NCBI RefSeq assembly: GCF_006345805.1
Contig: NC_042997.1
Coordinates: 150,846,001 to 150,910,000 of the forward strand
Direction: 5' to 3'
From: Octopus sinensis
Taxonomy: Eukaryota
Length of the DNA stretch: 64,000 bases
The position numbers and the translations under genes are program-made. The notes under the pieces were generated by a model. That model saw nothing but the letters and a program-made list of their open reading frames with translations, was not told the origin of the DNA and ran no database searches. Positions 29,710 to 42,576 of the stretch are shown here, piece by piece (within the stretch, counting starts at the first letter, position 1; each line of letters starts with the position of its first letter).

Positions 29710-29908
29710 TGTATGTATGTATGTATGTATGTATGTGTGTGTAAGTGTATCTATGTATTATTAATTATGTATGCATGTATATTTACAGTCGTGAATTCAT
29801 TCATGCAAATGCGTGTGCTTTATATGCTATTAGGTATTTTATCGTGTATCCATATGTGTGTATGTATCTATGTTTGTGTGCATGTATGTGTGTTTGTAAA
29901 TGTTCTCT

Positions 29909-29974
<66 letters not shown>

Positions 29975-32689
29975 TATACATTGTCTACGCGATTGTATGC
30001 TTTAGAGAGTGTACTTCTTACACGCGATACGCTAACAATGCGGCATCGAGGCAGCAGCTAGCACTTATTGATACGTTATATTCCAGCTTTCTCTAATGAT
30101 CTTTCTTTTCCATTTGCAGATATTTTGTCTTTCCTTCTATCTTTGATTCCGCTTTCCTCTCTTTTTCTTACTCTTTCATTTCAGATTTTTCTTTCTTTTT
30201 CTTTTACCTTCGCGAGTAAATGAGCGGTTTTACGTATCACGATCTCCGTTGGATGTCAGAATGACATGGCACATCAAAGTCTTAAAGATAATTTTGATTT
30301 CGTTTCCAAGTTACTGGTACAAATTTGAAAGATTGTTAAAATCCCACAAGACAGACTTACTTAACAATATTGAAATGTGCATAGTTGTATAACCTGATGA
30401 ACGGATTCATGCATGCTTCTACTAGCATAACTTAGGGTATGAATTGGTATGTAACTTGATGCATTGATTACTTTCACGTTATTTAGCATATTACAAGTAT
30501 GATTATTAATTTTATTGCCGAAATAATATGAAAACTCAGACATTTTAAAAGGACAAGATTAAACTAGCAAAAAAGAATTTGGGAGCACGTTGTCTCTCTG
30601 GGCAAACCACGAGCTTCTCGCATCACCAAATCTTTGCATCCTTCAGAGGATACATTATAATCTTATTTTCTTCTCGAACAGCCACTGGGTTGATAAAATT
30701 TAAATATACCACCAAGACAATTCGTGATTTGTACGCTAATAGCAATGTTGCTCTTCAATTATCAAGACACTTTTGTATGTGAAACACATTAAAAGGTTCA
30801 AATCAATACCTAATTTCCCCGTACATCTGACCGTCATGACTTCGATTGCACTAATCATTCGAGCTGTTTATTCACTAAAATGAAGAACCTTGAATATAAG
30901 CGATTATTATAACTAATGAAACAGCAGAAATCTTTATTGCAATCCCGAAAATCACATGCAATATGAATAATGCTGCAACCATTAATGGCTGGTGATAGTA
31001 TTACACTTTTATATATTCACTAATATGCGATTACGTGATGTAATTTCTTTCTTCATATGATTGATTTTACTGCGTTTTCTTCCATATGTCAGTAAAAGTT
31101 TAATACCAAATCAAGCTACTAATACCATACGTACGGAACTAAACAGAGAGAAACAATAAAAATAGGTTCCTTAATAATTGTTAATTGGAAGATTTACATA
31201 TTGTAAATATTCTCACGTACAACATTAGCACAAATAACACTATTTTATGTGTGTAGTTCATCATAGTGCATGACATGCGCATGGCCCTCGAAATGGAGGT
31301 TATTCGCCAACACGGGGATTCAGTATTTGTATTGAAGTGAAAGGGACAAATCTCTTTTAGACAAGCACTCTAATATTTCACTTAAAGCAGCTTCCTTTCT
31401 CTTAACGTACTATAGATAATGGTTTTAATCAATGAAGAATAGATATATGCACCTTTCGTATAATAGATAGCGTTTTGGATTTACGTAGGGAATTAAATAA
31501 AGGTTTTCAACTCTAGAACAGATTATTATATCAAAATGTTTCTTCTGTTGCATTATGAAATGGAAATAGACAAGACGAAAGTTCTTCTCATTCTTAAATG
31601 ACATGGCTCTACCTTAAGATGTAACTCAATGATGAAGCGTTATGTAATTTGGAAAGCTTTACACTCTCAATTTTATATTTGAAAGTGATAGGAGGTATAC
31701 AATAGCTTGGATTGGGTAATTCGATAAGAATCAAGCAAATCTTTTCATTTAATATAGCTTAAGTAGATAACGGATGGATTGACCTATCAAATATATTACA
31801 AGGAAGTAATTATGTTATTGAATAAAATAGAATGACAGTTGTACCATATGAAAATCAATTACAGGAATAAATATCGAAATTTATCAATTTACCACTGCGA
31901 TATATACATTTCTAATGATCAGAGATAGCTTAAAGTTACAATATATTCCTATACCGTTGAATCAGTAACTACTAATTAATGAAATTACATCAGAGAGTTG
32001 ATTCTTTTTATCTCTATGATATTCCTCTCTATACTATAGTTAAGAAGATATTCAGACTGATAATAGAATGTGAGGATATCCTCTAGTACTGCTATTTTGA
32101 TGGTTATATTTTTGAATGATATTAAACGACCTGGTAATCGCTATATTGTAACCTGCTTGTAGAGATGTGATTCATTTAGACAGGTTATGATGCAGAAGCA
32201 TTAGGAATATAGAGAGAGACAAAATCCTATATGGGTGATTGTGTATGTGTGTGAGTATGTGTGTGTGTGTGTGCATGTATGTGTGTGTGAGTGTATTTGT
32301 CAGTGTGTGTGTACGTAAATATGTGTATGTGTGTTTGTAAGTTTGAACAAATCACTACATATATCAAATGGATGTGTAATAAAACTATTCCGCACATACA
32401 ATAACAGCCATACCAACAATCCAACATACTTCAATTGTCAGCTGCCCCACAGATAAATACTATATATCGTATATTGTTATCCATGCGGTACTACATATAT
32501 AACAATCCTATACAGTTAACTCGACATGTTGAGAATAATATACTGTGGCCCGAAACAGGTAGCGTAGGATCTTTTGTGGTAAGCACTAATACGTGTAGAC
32601 TTTTTGTTGTATAAAAAGTATATACATACACACACACAAACACACACACACACACAATCACACACACACACACATATACATATATATAT

Positions 32690-32737
<48 letters not shown>

Positions 32738-33329
32738 TGCATACATTCACATATATATATATGTGTGTATATATGTATGTACTTCGCCCGCATTTGACCA
32801 GACTGATTATGGTAGTTTGGGCTCCTGCTACGTCATCTGGGACATTCTCCATTTCATCTTTGGACCACCTTACTTAGATCGTTCAAAGCTCTTTCTGCTG
32901 CATTTTTGTTATATGTATTCATTCTCTTCTGTTGTATATAGCTGTAAGATTTTTTCTAGTTATATATGCATTAATTCTTTGTATGTTGTATTTACATAAT
33001 ATCTTGCTTGTTCCTGTCTTAAAATACAATCGCTAGCTTTTTCCCAGAAGCTTAATAGGAGCTCTTGCGCCTCCAAGATTGAGAGGTCTTCATGGTGAAT
33101 GACGCGAAACCACTATGCTATTTCGGGTCACAGAGTGACGAGGAAAAATCAGATGTGAATATTCCGCGCATCATGTGTTTACCTAGATTTGCCTTCCGTT
33201 AAATTTTCGTCTAGTGTTCCGTTTTCTCCGCTTTCATCTAAAGATTTCTTTCGGTTGTGTTCTTTCTGTTCAGTCATTAATATTGATATATATGAAGGAG
33301 TGACTGGTTCGGGAGTAAGCTTCATACTA

Positions 33330-33462
33330 ATGAAGCTTGCTCCCCAACCACATAGTTCCGGTTTCAGTCCCACTGCGTGGCACCTGCTCGAAGATAGGGC
33401 CAACCAAAGCCTTGTGAGTGGAGTTGGTAGAGGGAAAACGAAAGAAGCCCGTCATATATATG

Positions 33463-33528
<66 letters not shown>

Positions 33529-33682
33529 ATTCTATTTGTGTTTGTGACGTGTTTACGCCCCCGCAACCTACCTGTTCGACAAGAGAGACCGATAGAATAA
33601 GACCTGGGGTCGATTTGTTAGAATAAAGGCGTTGCTCCATCACGGCTGCAGTCAAATGACAAAGAGGTAAAAGAAAATAATA

Positions 33683-33686
<4 letters not shown>
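33330..33686 (+). mobile_element. SINE family A with internal (TA)(TG)n
   Basis: AACCACATAGTTCCGGTTTCAGTCCCACTGCGTGGCACC...GAAAGAAGCCCGTC...CTGGGGTCGATTTG...GCAGTCAAATGAC. Confidence 0.85.
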
Positions 33687-33752
<66 letters not shown>

Positions 33753-33754
<2 letters not shown>

Positions 33755-34401
33755 CAACAATTGAGGGTAAAATTAATTAATTAATCAATTTCACCAAGTA
33801 TTCAGTATGCAAAGGGACCATTTAAGGCGAATTCAAATTATTACATTATATAAAAGGGCTTAGTAAAATAAATTACTTTGCCGCATACTGAACTCATTAG
33901 AAATAGCAGCCAAAAAAACTTTTTTAAAACTATTTCTAATACTTAAAGAAAACCTCTCTCATATAGTGTTTGCTCAATTCAACTCACGAAAGTATGGGGG
34001 TAGAGACATTAAAAAATCAAATGCAAAGGTTATTTGAGAACGTACGTTTCAAGATTAGTCAAACTCGACATTTCTATCATCAGCTCAGAACTCCCTGGTT
34101 TGGATTTGAAAACACTGAAAGTGGGAGCATACCCTTTCGGCTTCTTATCGCTTCTGAAGGGAGTTCTGAGCTGATGATAGAAATGTCGAGTTTGACTAAT
34201 CTTGAAACGTACGTTCTCAAATAACCTTTGCATTTGATTTTTAATGTCTCTACCCCCATACTTTCGTGAGTTGAATTGAGCAAACACTATATGAGAGAGG
34301 TTTTCTTTAAGTATTAGAAATAGTTTTAAAAAAGTTTTTTTTGGCTGCTATTTCTAATGAGTTCAGTATGCGGCAAAGTAATTTATTTTACTAAGCCCTT
34401 T

Positions 34402-34408
<7 letters not shown>
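33753..34408. mobile_element. PLE pLTR-like element with inverted copy (arms 33846-34096 / 34158-34408), (TA)n on both sides
   Basis: Arms differ only in homopolymer lengths; 61-bp spacer; HHR-like motif in each arm. Confidence 0.9.
34167..34219 (+). ncRNA. Hammerhead-like motif with irregular stem II (mirror copy on - in the left arm)
   Basis: TGAG-CTGATGA(34171)-TAGA..GTC gagttt GAC..TCTT-GAAAC-GTAC-GTT|CTCA; perfect palindrome AACGTACGTT; U-U at 10.1-11.1. Confidence 0.6.
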
Positions 34409-34457
<49 letters not shown>

Positions 34458-34462
<5 letters not shown>

Positions 34463-34982
34463 AAGAGAAAAGTTGGAGATAAGATTAATAAAAGTTTATT
34501 GAAACATTGACAAGGCCAGATTTTCAGTTGTTTCAATTCATTTGTTACAGTATAAAATCAACCAAATTCAACTTAATTTAACTAAATCAATTTGGTCAAT
34601 TACTACAAGCAAAAATATCTTCAGGTAATGACGTACAAAGAAATTTTTCATATTTAAAACAATGAAAACATTAAACAGGAAAAATACGCTGTAACATGAA
34701 AGTAAAACATATATGCATTTATAAAAATAGATAGTTAAAAAATAAATAGCTATATAGTTATAGTCATAAATTAATATATATACATATATATATTATTAAT
34801 ACAGACATAAACATGCAAACATACGATCAATGGGGATGTGTAGAAAAAATTGATTTAGTTAAATTAAATTAGATTTGGTTGATTTTATATTGCAAGCGAT
34901 GAATTGAAATTATCTTAGGTCTGGTTTGTCAATGTGTTAATAAACTTTTATTGATCTTATCTGCATCTTCTCTCTTGCTTTT
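34458..34982. repeat. Older diverged inverted repeat (arms ~34458-34593 / ~34847-34982)
   Basis: ATAAGATTAATAAAAGTTTATT..AACATTGACAA..CCAGA vs TCTGG.TTGTCAATGTG.TAATAAACTTTTATTGATCTTAT. Confidence 0.8.
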
Positions 34983-36177
34983 TATAATGTTAATAATATT
35001 ATGTCTATGTGCCTATATTGCTAGGTATTCACCTAGTCTAATCTTGGACATTTTTATGGTGGTTTATATCCTCACTGTATATATATATATTATAGGGTAG
35101 CGAATATTCGTTATATATATCCCTACCAGTGGTCTAACACGTATAAATAGTCAATAGACAACATATTCATATTTTAAAATAGTGTATATTTAAACACGAA
35201 AGAAAAATTACCCTTTGACAGGTAATTTTTACATGTTAGACATAGCAGCCAATACGGCCAAAACCACAATTTAACAGCAATTTTCGATGTAATTGAAAAA
35301 TAAAAACTTTTACCTTGTTATTTATTATCGGTTATACGATGGTTTCGAAATTTCTTTAGCAAACAATATTATTTGTCATCCTTTAATAGGTAATTTAGCA
35401 TAACAATATCATTGGTAGGCGAATTTCTCGTCAGTAACCGTGTGTGTGTGTGTGTGTGTGTTTGCATGCATCGATGCACACGCAGATACATAGATAAATA
35501 AATAAACAGACAGATACGTACTTGCATACATACGTACGTACGTACATACATACATAGCAAATTAAAATGACGAGGGAATAATAAAGTATATCACGAATTT
35601 ATTCAGCTTACAGCTATTATGTTATACGATGAAAATGCACTCATTGTTGAATGCTTGTGCATCCCCCGATTGCTACATCGTACCTTCAAAAAGGATATGT
35701 ACTTTTATTTATACACAAACGAAAATGTAGGAAAGTCTTTATTGGCCCTCATAATCACTATCTGATTCTCATTTTCATCTTTTTCCGCTGTGTTCTTTCT
35801 CCCTTCCTTTCACTGTCTTGGATTCAATCCCATTGAAACTTTTCCATTTACAAGACATATTGTACATGTTTCCTTTTTTTATTTATATTTTTGTAGAAAC
35901 TCTTTATATATGCTTTTGTAATAAGTTGATTGCATCTTATTACAGAAAATTTTTTATCTCAACGAGTGTTGTAACATAATTTCTTATTGCCTGGTGATTT
36001 TTTATTATATATTAATTCTCTTTACGCACACAGTGGATTAATATATAATCAAAATCACCTGATGCTTTGTTCTGATGCATATGTATACGGACATGTAACA
36101 TAAAGTAATTAGTATCGCTATACCAAAGGGAAATGATAATAATAACGATAGTAATAATAATAATATAATAATAATAA

Positions 36178-36366
36178 TCACAAGACCTTAAATTTTGGTG
36201 CGGGGGGAGATAAGTCGATCTCTTGACTGGTACTTGATTCATTGTCCCCCCAGAAGGATAAATGGCAAAGTCGACCTCGGTGGAATTTGAACTCGGAACG
36301 TAGCAATTGGCTAAAGACCGCTAAACAATTAGCCCGGCGTGCTAACGATTCTACCAGCTCGCCGCA
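36178..36366 (-). mobile_element. SINE family B within (TAA)n
   Basis: Homologous to 13869-14086. Confidence 0.85.
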
Positions 36367-36816
36367 TTAATAATAATAATACTAATAATAATGATGATGC
36401 TTTCATTAATTTGCGACATGGACGAAGGATGAGGGGGGGCTATCCAAAGATACACATAAAGTATTGGAAATGACAAAAGATAATAACTTATTTTTTAAAT
36501 GTTTCAAAATGAATGAAAACAATAAACTACACATGGTATACACTGAAAAAGACGGAACACATGCATAGCCTAAAAGATTTTTAAAAAGGGGGCGGGGAAG
36601 ATAATGGGTGGATGATAGAGACATGGCCCTCCTGATACGGGGATGCCTAAAATCCCAGTAGCAAGTACCCTCTCGAATACCTTCTCTCCGACTCACAGGT
36701 CACCACTTAGAGTGGTACCGTCCATTCTTGCTATTTTCACGCCCCTTTCTTAAGCCCACTCACGGAAAGCACTTCCATCCCCACACTCAATTTCTTTTCC
36801 AAGAGAAACTTGACTA

Positions 36817-36857
<41 letters not shown>

Positions 36858-38169
36858 ATAATAATAATAATAATAATATAATAATAATAATAATAATAAT
36901 AATATCAACAACAACATCAATAATAATAAGAACGCCGGCCTTGACAGTGGCTGGACGTGATTTTCGCTGCTGTGAACATTCAGCAGCAGAAAACACAGCA
37001 ACACTAATATAACTCAACAGGACAACGGAAAACTCTCAAAGACTGGAATATCTACAATTTCCCGTTAGTTTTTAAAATTTCCCTCAAAATAAGTTAAGAA
37101 AATTACATATCTACAGTTTTTGAAGACACAAACGATCATCTTTAAAAACCTTAATATCTACATATTTCTGTGAAAATTTTATTCCTCTTTTCTTTTCTTT
37201 CTCCCTGAGTATTCTAAAATGTAAATTTCCTTTTTATTGCAAAAGCACTATTGTCTCCTCTAATTGGACATACAAACGAACATCTCTAGAAAACTTTAAA
37301 ATTTAAATAATCTACAATTTTCTGTGAAAATTTAATCTTTTTTCCTTGACAAACCGAGTATGTAAAAATTAACTGCAAGAAAAAAGAATGAAAGGTGTTA
37401 GTACCTGCCAATATATACAAACTGCATAATTACAAAAAACTGTAAACCAGAGCAAAACTTATGAAATGAAGACAAAATTTCATAGAAAAATATTCAGAAA
37501 TTCAAAAATTCAACCTGGTGAACATCAGTATATATATAAATATATATATATATTATATATATATATATATATTATATATATATATAATCATTTTTTCTAT
37601 AAGTAATTAAAAATAGAAAATTGTGACATGGTTATTTTCATGGCCAAGGTAAGCGCTCTCATTGACTACTAAACACATTTGACCTCTGCTGACCCCAAGG
37701 GTGTGAGGCTGCCTTTGTCACATTATCGCACAGGAATGCCCATTGCTGATATCTCTTCACCATCTGCCGAATCTATTTACAGACCTGAGAAATTTAATCT
37801 ATTCACCAAGCTGTCTATCTTGCTCCTCCCAGTCGCCTATTTACGATAATCTCAACTACAAGACAAAACTTGAAACTAAACAGCATTCAATAAAACCTTT
37901 TAATAATAAATGGTGATGGTGGTAATAATGATAATAATAAGAATTTAGCCAAAACACATGTCGGATCACAGGAAATATTAACAATGACAAATAAAAAAAA
38001 TCAATATCGGTGGTAATGAAACTGAAGCCTTTGATGGTGACAGTGTTACATCCAGCAGACTCAAAGATACTTGTTCGACTCCAGCTTGTTGTTATCCAGC
38101 AAGGAACCAGCACACACAGCGTAGATGCAACAAAAAACCAATGCTGTGATTTTTTGAGTGTTACTACAT

Positions 38170-38915
38170 GAGCGACCTCGTAGACGAAAATGGTGTTCAT
38201 CTTAGGGGATACCGATAACGTATGCATGATGAATGGACAGAAAGAGGATTGTTTCAACTCATGGAACACAGATTATGTGATCAAACTAGAGCAATAAGAA
38301 AAAAATCGTTGTTTCACATAAGTAGAGCTCGAAACTACGAAATCGCACAGCAGAAAACAGAGGTGAACTCAATAATAAACCACAGGAAAGGAAGAGTGAG
38401 GGCTTGCTCGATGAGACATATAACTTGTTTGGAAGAAGACAATAAAACTAAAGATGGGCGAAACAAGATACCTACGACAGAATAAAGCCAAGACTACAGG
38501 AGAACGATAGCGACATTATTTGTAAACTTAAAAAGGTTGATCGGTGGAAATTGAACCAAGAATCGAAAAATTTAAATGAAATTCTGAAATACATGGAAGC
38601 AAAAAATATCACAGAAACAAGCAATCTGATTAAGGCAGCAAATATTATTGTAGCAGAAAATGTGGATGTTGATGTCAAGAAAAAAGAAATGTAACGGGAG
38701 TGACAAAAGGAAAGATCCATGGTGGAAAAGAAAAATACAGGCGGAGTTTGATATGTTCTCGAGGGACAATTCTGTGATAGACCGAAAAGAGAAGTGGGAG
38801 CTTAAAAGCGAACAAAAACATCAGGCACAAAGCAGGAAGTATAATATTGAAGCGAAGGGCTTGCAAGTTGTAATGTAGGAACTGAAACAGCGCCCCGTTG
38901 CAAAGAAAGCCCGGT
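38170..38915 (+). mobile_element. R4/Dong-like LINE N-terminal ORF remnant
   Basis: MHDEWTERGLFQLMEHRLCDQTRAIRK; ITETSNLIKAANIIVAE; DPWWKRKIQ; KYNIEAKGLQVVM*ELKQRPVAK. Confidence 0.8.
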
Positions 38916-38930
38916 TCGAAATTTCCCCAA

Positions 38931-38976
38931 GACACCTGATGAAGGCTGGAGGGTATATCAGCCGAAACGTTGTTTT
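38931..38976 (+). ncRNA. Minimal PLE-type type I hammerhead ribozyme
   Basis: GACAC-CTGATGA-A-GGCTG gagggtatat CAGCC-GAAAC-GTT|GTTTT; loopless palindromic stem III AACGTT; one stem I mismatch. Confidence 0.8.
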
Positions 38977-40018
38977 AACAACAAACAAGATGGGGACAAA
39001 TATTCGTCAAATGTAAATAATTTAGCTCATGTAAATTATGGGCTACAGACAAACGCAACTGAATATGTGTAGGATAAATTATATTACACCAGTAATACGT
39101 TGTGTTTGTATCGACAGTTTTGCAAGATGTTAATAATTTATTTGCTTCATTAACATATTACAATAAAAGCAGCCTGGCATTGAAAGTAACAGAGATCGTG
39201 TTCAGTGTGTGAAGGCATCTTTCTGTTAGCTCTTTAATCAAATATTGATTCCATTTCCACCAGACAGACACAAAGCATCACATGTTTTCGAAACTTCTCG
39301 TGTTTGGTGACAGGTTCCGGCGCTTGCCTTTGCTTGACCACTGCTTATTCTCGTAAGGATTGCAAAAGAAATATTTTCCTTGGATTATTACTTGTCGCGA
39401 TCCATGGTTCATTTCCTGCGCTCGTGATGTTTTATAAACTGAGATGAGGCAGAAACTTTGGTGAAGGAGTAAAGAATTGGTATCAGCGCTGCACGAAACA
39501 AATAACATAAAAGTGGTTGGTTCAACATGACGATCTCTACCATGAATGCTAGGCTCCTCTCGCTGTAACTCGAGGATTAAAGCAAATAAATTATCAAAAT
39601 ATAGCAACACTTTTCACTCAACACAATAAATATGCAATGCGTTTGTTCCAGACAATTTTAATAACCATAAGCAATAACGTTAATGAATTAACTGCAATTT
39701 ATTAATTATTTATACATGTTTCACTGATTAATACAATGTAGTTTACAAATAAATATTGAAAAATTCATAAGGGAACAACGTGAATTTATTTCATATAAGC
39801 AATTAAGCACAAATTATTTGACGAAACACAAATCAAATTTCCATTCATAATATACGTAGTCATTATTTGTTAATTTTAATATGATTATATTGTGTGATTT
39901 AAATTTAAATCCCCGGTTAGCTTTTGTGTAATATAAGCAGGATTCTTTAGCGACATTTTCAAAATGGACTGCTGTTATACGTTTTGCATACACTACATTA
40001 TAATTGAAGAATGCTTTA

Positions 40019-40070
<52 letters not shown>

Positions 40071-40534
40071 ATATTTATATTTATTTTTGTTCAATTCTGA
40101 AAAGAATTTGCCTGATGTAAGTGAAGGTACTTGTTAGAATTTCGAAATATTTATGTATAATTTTGCGAGTTTAATTAATGATTATTTAACGATACCTGAA
40201 AACAATGCTATCCTCAAAAACTCTTTTTAAAATCGCGTTCAAAAGTTGTTGTTGTTATTATTATTACTATTGTTATTATAATTATTATTATTATTATTGA
40301 GTAGTCTTCATTTTATTGCGTGATTTCATTGCACAACCGAGTGCAGCTCTGTGTTTATTGGGTATTGTGCTGCGATTTGATGTAGTGATTTTATGTTCTA
40401 TGTTGAAAGTGCTTTACGTAGGATGCGTGCTGTGCCTAGTTGTGCTATTTTTGTATGTTATATACACCTGTAAGTCCTGGTGTTTGGTGATGTATTTGTG
40501 TGAATGTTATTATTATTATTATTATTATTATTAT

Positions 40535-40872
40535 GTGAAGGCGCATGGTTCAGTGTTTAGAGCTTCGAGCTTACGATCGTTAGGTTGTGAGTTCGAATCC
40601 TGGACTGAGATGCGTGTTGAGTTCTTGAGGAAGACACGTTATTTGACGTTGCTTCAGTTCACTCAGCTGTAGAAATGAGTTTTGACGTCACATGTTCCAA
40701 GCTGTAACGGCTCCCAAGCCTCCCCTTGGATAACGCTGGTGGCGTGGAGAGGGGAGGCCGATATGCATGGGTGACTGCTGATCTTACATAAACATCATTG
40801 CCCGGACTCGTGCCTTGGAGGGAACTTTCTAGGTGCAATCCCATGGTCAGTCATGACCGAAAGGGGTTTCAG
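40535..40872 (+). mobile_element. tRNA-derived SINE family C flanked by (ATT)n
   Basis: A-box-like TGGTTCAGTGTTT, B-box GTTCGAATCC, central CTTGAG.AAGACAC...CAGTTCACTCAGCTG. Confidence 0.8.
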
Positions 40873-40911
<39 letters not shown>

Positions 40912-40912
<1 letters not shown>

Positions 40913-41480
40913 GTCATTTCCATTTAACTTGTCAGAGCTCTCGATTTCACTTGCACCGAATAATTTGGCAAGAGAGGACAGCAACCTCTTGTCAAATATC
41001 TCACAGCGTCTCCTTCCACGATACGTAATTCACAACAAAGTACCAATCTCAAATTCTTCGCTGTCCCCAAATAAATCAATTTTCTCACTATGTTCTTCCC
41101 TCATGTCTCTCCCAATATCTCCTACACATTTCTGATACTTGGACGTTGAACCTCCCACTACCCCTACAAATTCTGTGACGACAATTACTGTCTTCATTGC
41201 CTACATTCGTTCAATTTCAACTATTTTTGGCTTGTACTTCTCAATCTTCTCCAGCTCTTTGTCACCCACTCGTGCATCTCCAGTTATTACAATATCTATG
41301 ATGTTGTCTTCCTACATCCTTTTATCCAGTAGATCAATGTCTAATCTCCGAACATCACTCATGACCTCACGCTGCATTGTAAAATCTAAGCTCTTATATT
41401 CATTATTCTCGTTGATGCCTTCTGGTTTAAGCTCGTTCCAGGTCAATGTCCTTTGAAAACAGTACTTCTCACAAAATCTC
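40912..41480 (-). mobile_element. R4/Dong-like LINE 3' end (REL endonuclease) with (AAT)n tail
   Basis: CEKYCFQRTLTWNELKPEG...RRLDI...DIVITGDARVGDKELEKIEKY...EIERM; ends in the TAA tract at ~40875-40910. Confidence 0.85.
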
Positions 41481-41505
41481 TATTGAGCAAATCTGTTTTA
41501 CGCAG

Positions 41506-41569
41506 AAACAACGCGGAAACATTGATAAATCTGTCATTACCTGGAAGCAAGGATTTCAATTCTCCTTTT
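41506..41569 (+). CDS. Candidate internal coding exon (phase 2 to phase 0)
   Basis: Acceptor TCTGTTTTACGCAG, donor GTAAGT, open frame xNNAETLINLSLPGSKDFNSPF; phase-compatible with the 42343 exon. Confidence 0.5.
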
Positions 41570-42342
41570 GTAAGTCAATTCATTTCACAGAAATGTTTGA
41601 TTCTGAAGCTTTCCTAGAATTAGTATTTTCATTGTTTATCGGTTAAGTCATTGGAATTAATTAGTAGGAATGCTAGCTTTATAAACACCACAGCTCGGAT
41701 ATTGTATCTAGTAATTTCAATAGTGTGAATAATTTAGAAGCACAGAAGTGCTAGGCGCTGATTTTATAATTGCGAATTTTATTCTTCCCACCCAGAACTT
41801 TTGGTTGATTATCTAATTTATCCCGTAACATATGAATGCATTTCCTCAAATTAATTTATTTTTTACTATTCCATGCCTTTTGTGTATGGTTCGATATGTA
41901 TTTGGGGTTTCAAATTTTGCTTCAAATTATAGTTGTGTAACAATACAAGGCTTATATTTACTTGAATGACCAGTTACAATAAATTGAATTTGATAGAATG
42001 TACAGAACTCTTTTGTCTTCACTTCATATGTATTTCTACAACTGATTACATTGATGTTTCTCTATTGAAAAACGAAAAACAAATGGCGTGACACTATGTC
42101 GTTAATGTGCCGGGGAAAATAAATGAATATCATGAGTTTTAATTTTATTCTGCAAACTATAGTTCATTCTTTTCTACAAAGACGAATCTTTCTTGTATAT
42201 ATATATGGCAACAATAATTATCGTTCTTAAAATATTTAAATATACCTGAGGTCTCGATGGATTGGGATTAGATTTGGTTACTGCTATTCTTGTTGATTTT
42301 TCAAAACTATTTTACCCTGGTTCTTTTAACGATTTAAATTAG

Positions 42343-42576
42343 GATGAAGATCCATCTAACATTGTCTATTGCAGTATTGTTTTACCTAAGGAGTGTATCA
42401 TTGAAAAGTCGCTTCGTTTTGAAGGTGATAGCTGTCATTGGAACAAGACTGAACTTGGTGACTCCAGGAGCGTTTATGACGGCATAAAGAGTCCCTGTTT
42501 TTCGCATTCGATTTCAGAGATGTACAATATATGTTGCTTCCAAGATGAGTTCTGCAAGACAAGCGAAAATGTATAA
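42343..42576 (+). CDS. Candidate terminal coding exon, Cys-rich, family unassigned
   Basis: Frame opens exactly at the AG (42341-42): DEDPSNIVYCSIVLPKECIIEKSLRFEGDSCHWNKTELGDSRSVYDGIKSPCFSHSISEMYNICCFQDEFCKTSENV* (77 codons), GC higher than flanks. Confidence 0.5.
   Translation, partial: DEDPSNIVYCSIVLPKECIIEKSLRFEGDSCHWNKTELGDSRSVYDGIKSPCFSHSISEMYNICCFQDEFCKTSENV

Noticed and set aside
30392-30440. CTGATGA-ACGGA core
   Set aside because: GAAA is absent; at best a heavily decayed PLE end.
32525-32570. TTGAGAA..GGCCC-GAAAC-AGGTA
   Set aside because: Too degenerate to call; no stem I or stem II.
37045-37330. Recurring ATCTACA.TTT...AAAATTT motifs
   Set aside because: Short, AT-rich degenerate minisatellite with no structure beyond that.
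37673-37849. 58-codon frame THLTSADPKGVRLPLSHYRTG...
   Set aside because: No usable acceptor/donor pair or recognisable homology; adjacent to a LINE 5' region.
40535-40605. tRNA gene
   Set aside because: tRNA-like head of a SINE; no complete cloverleaf.
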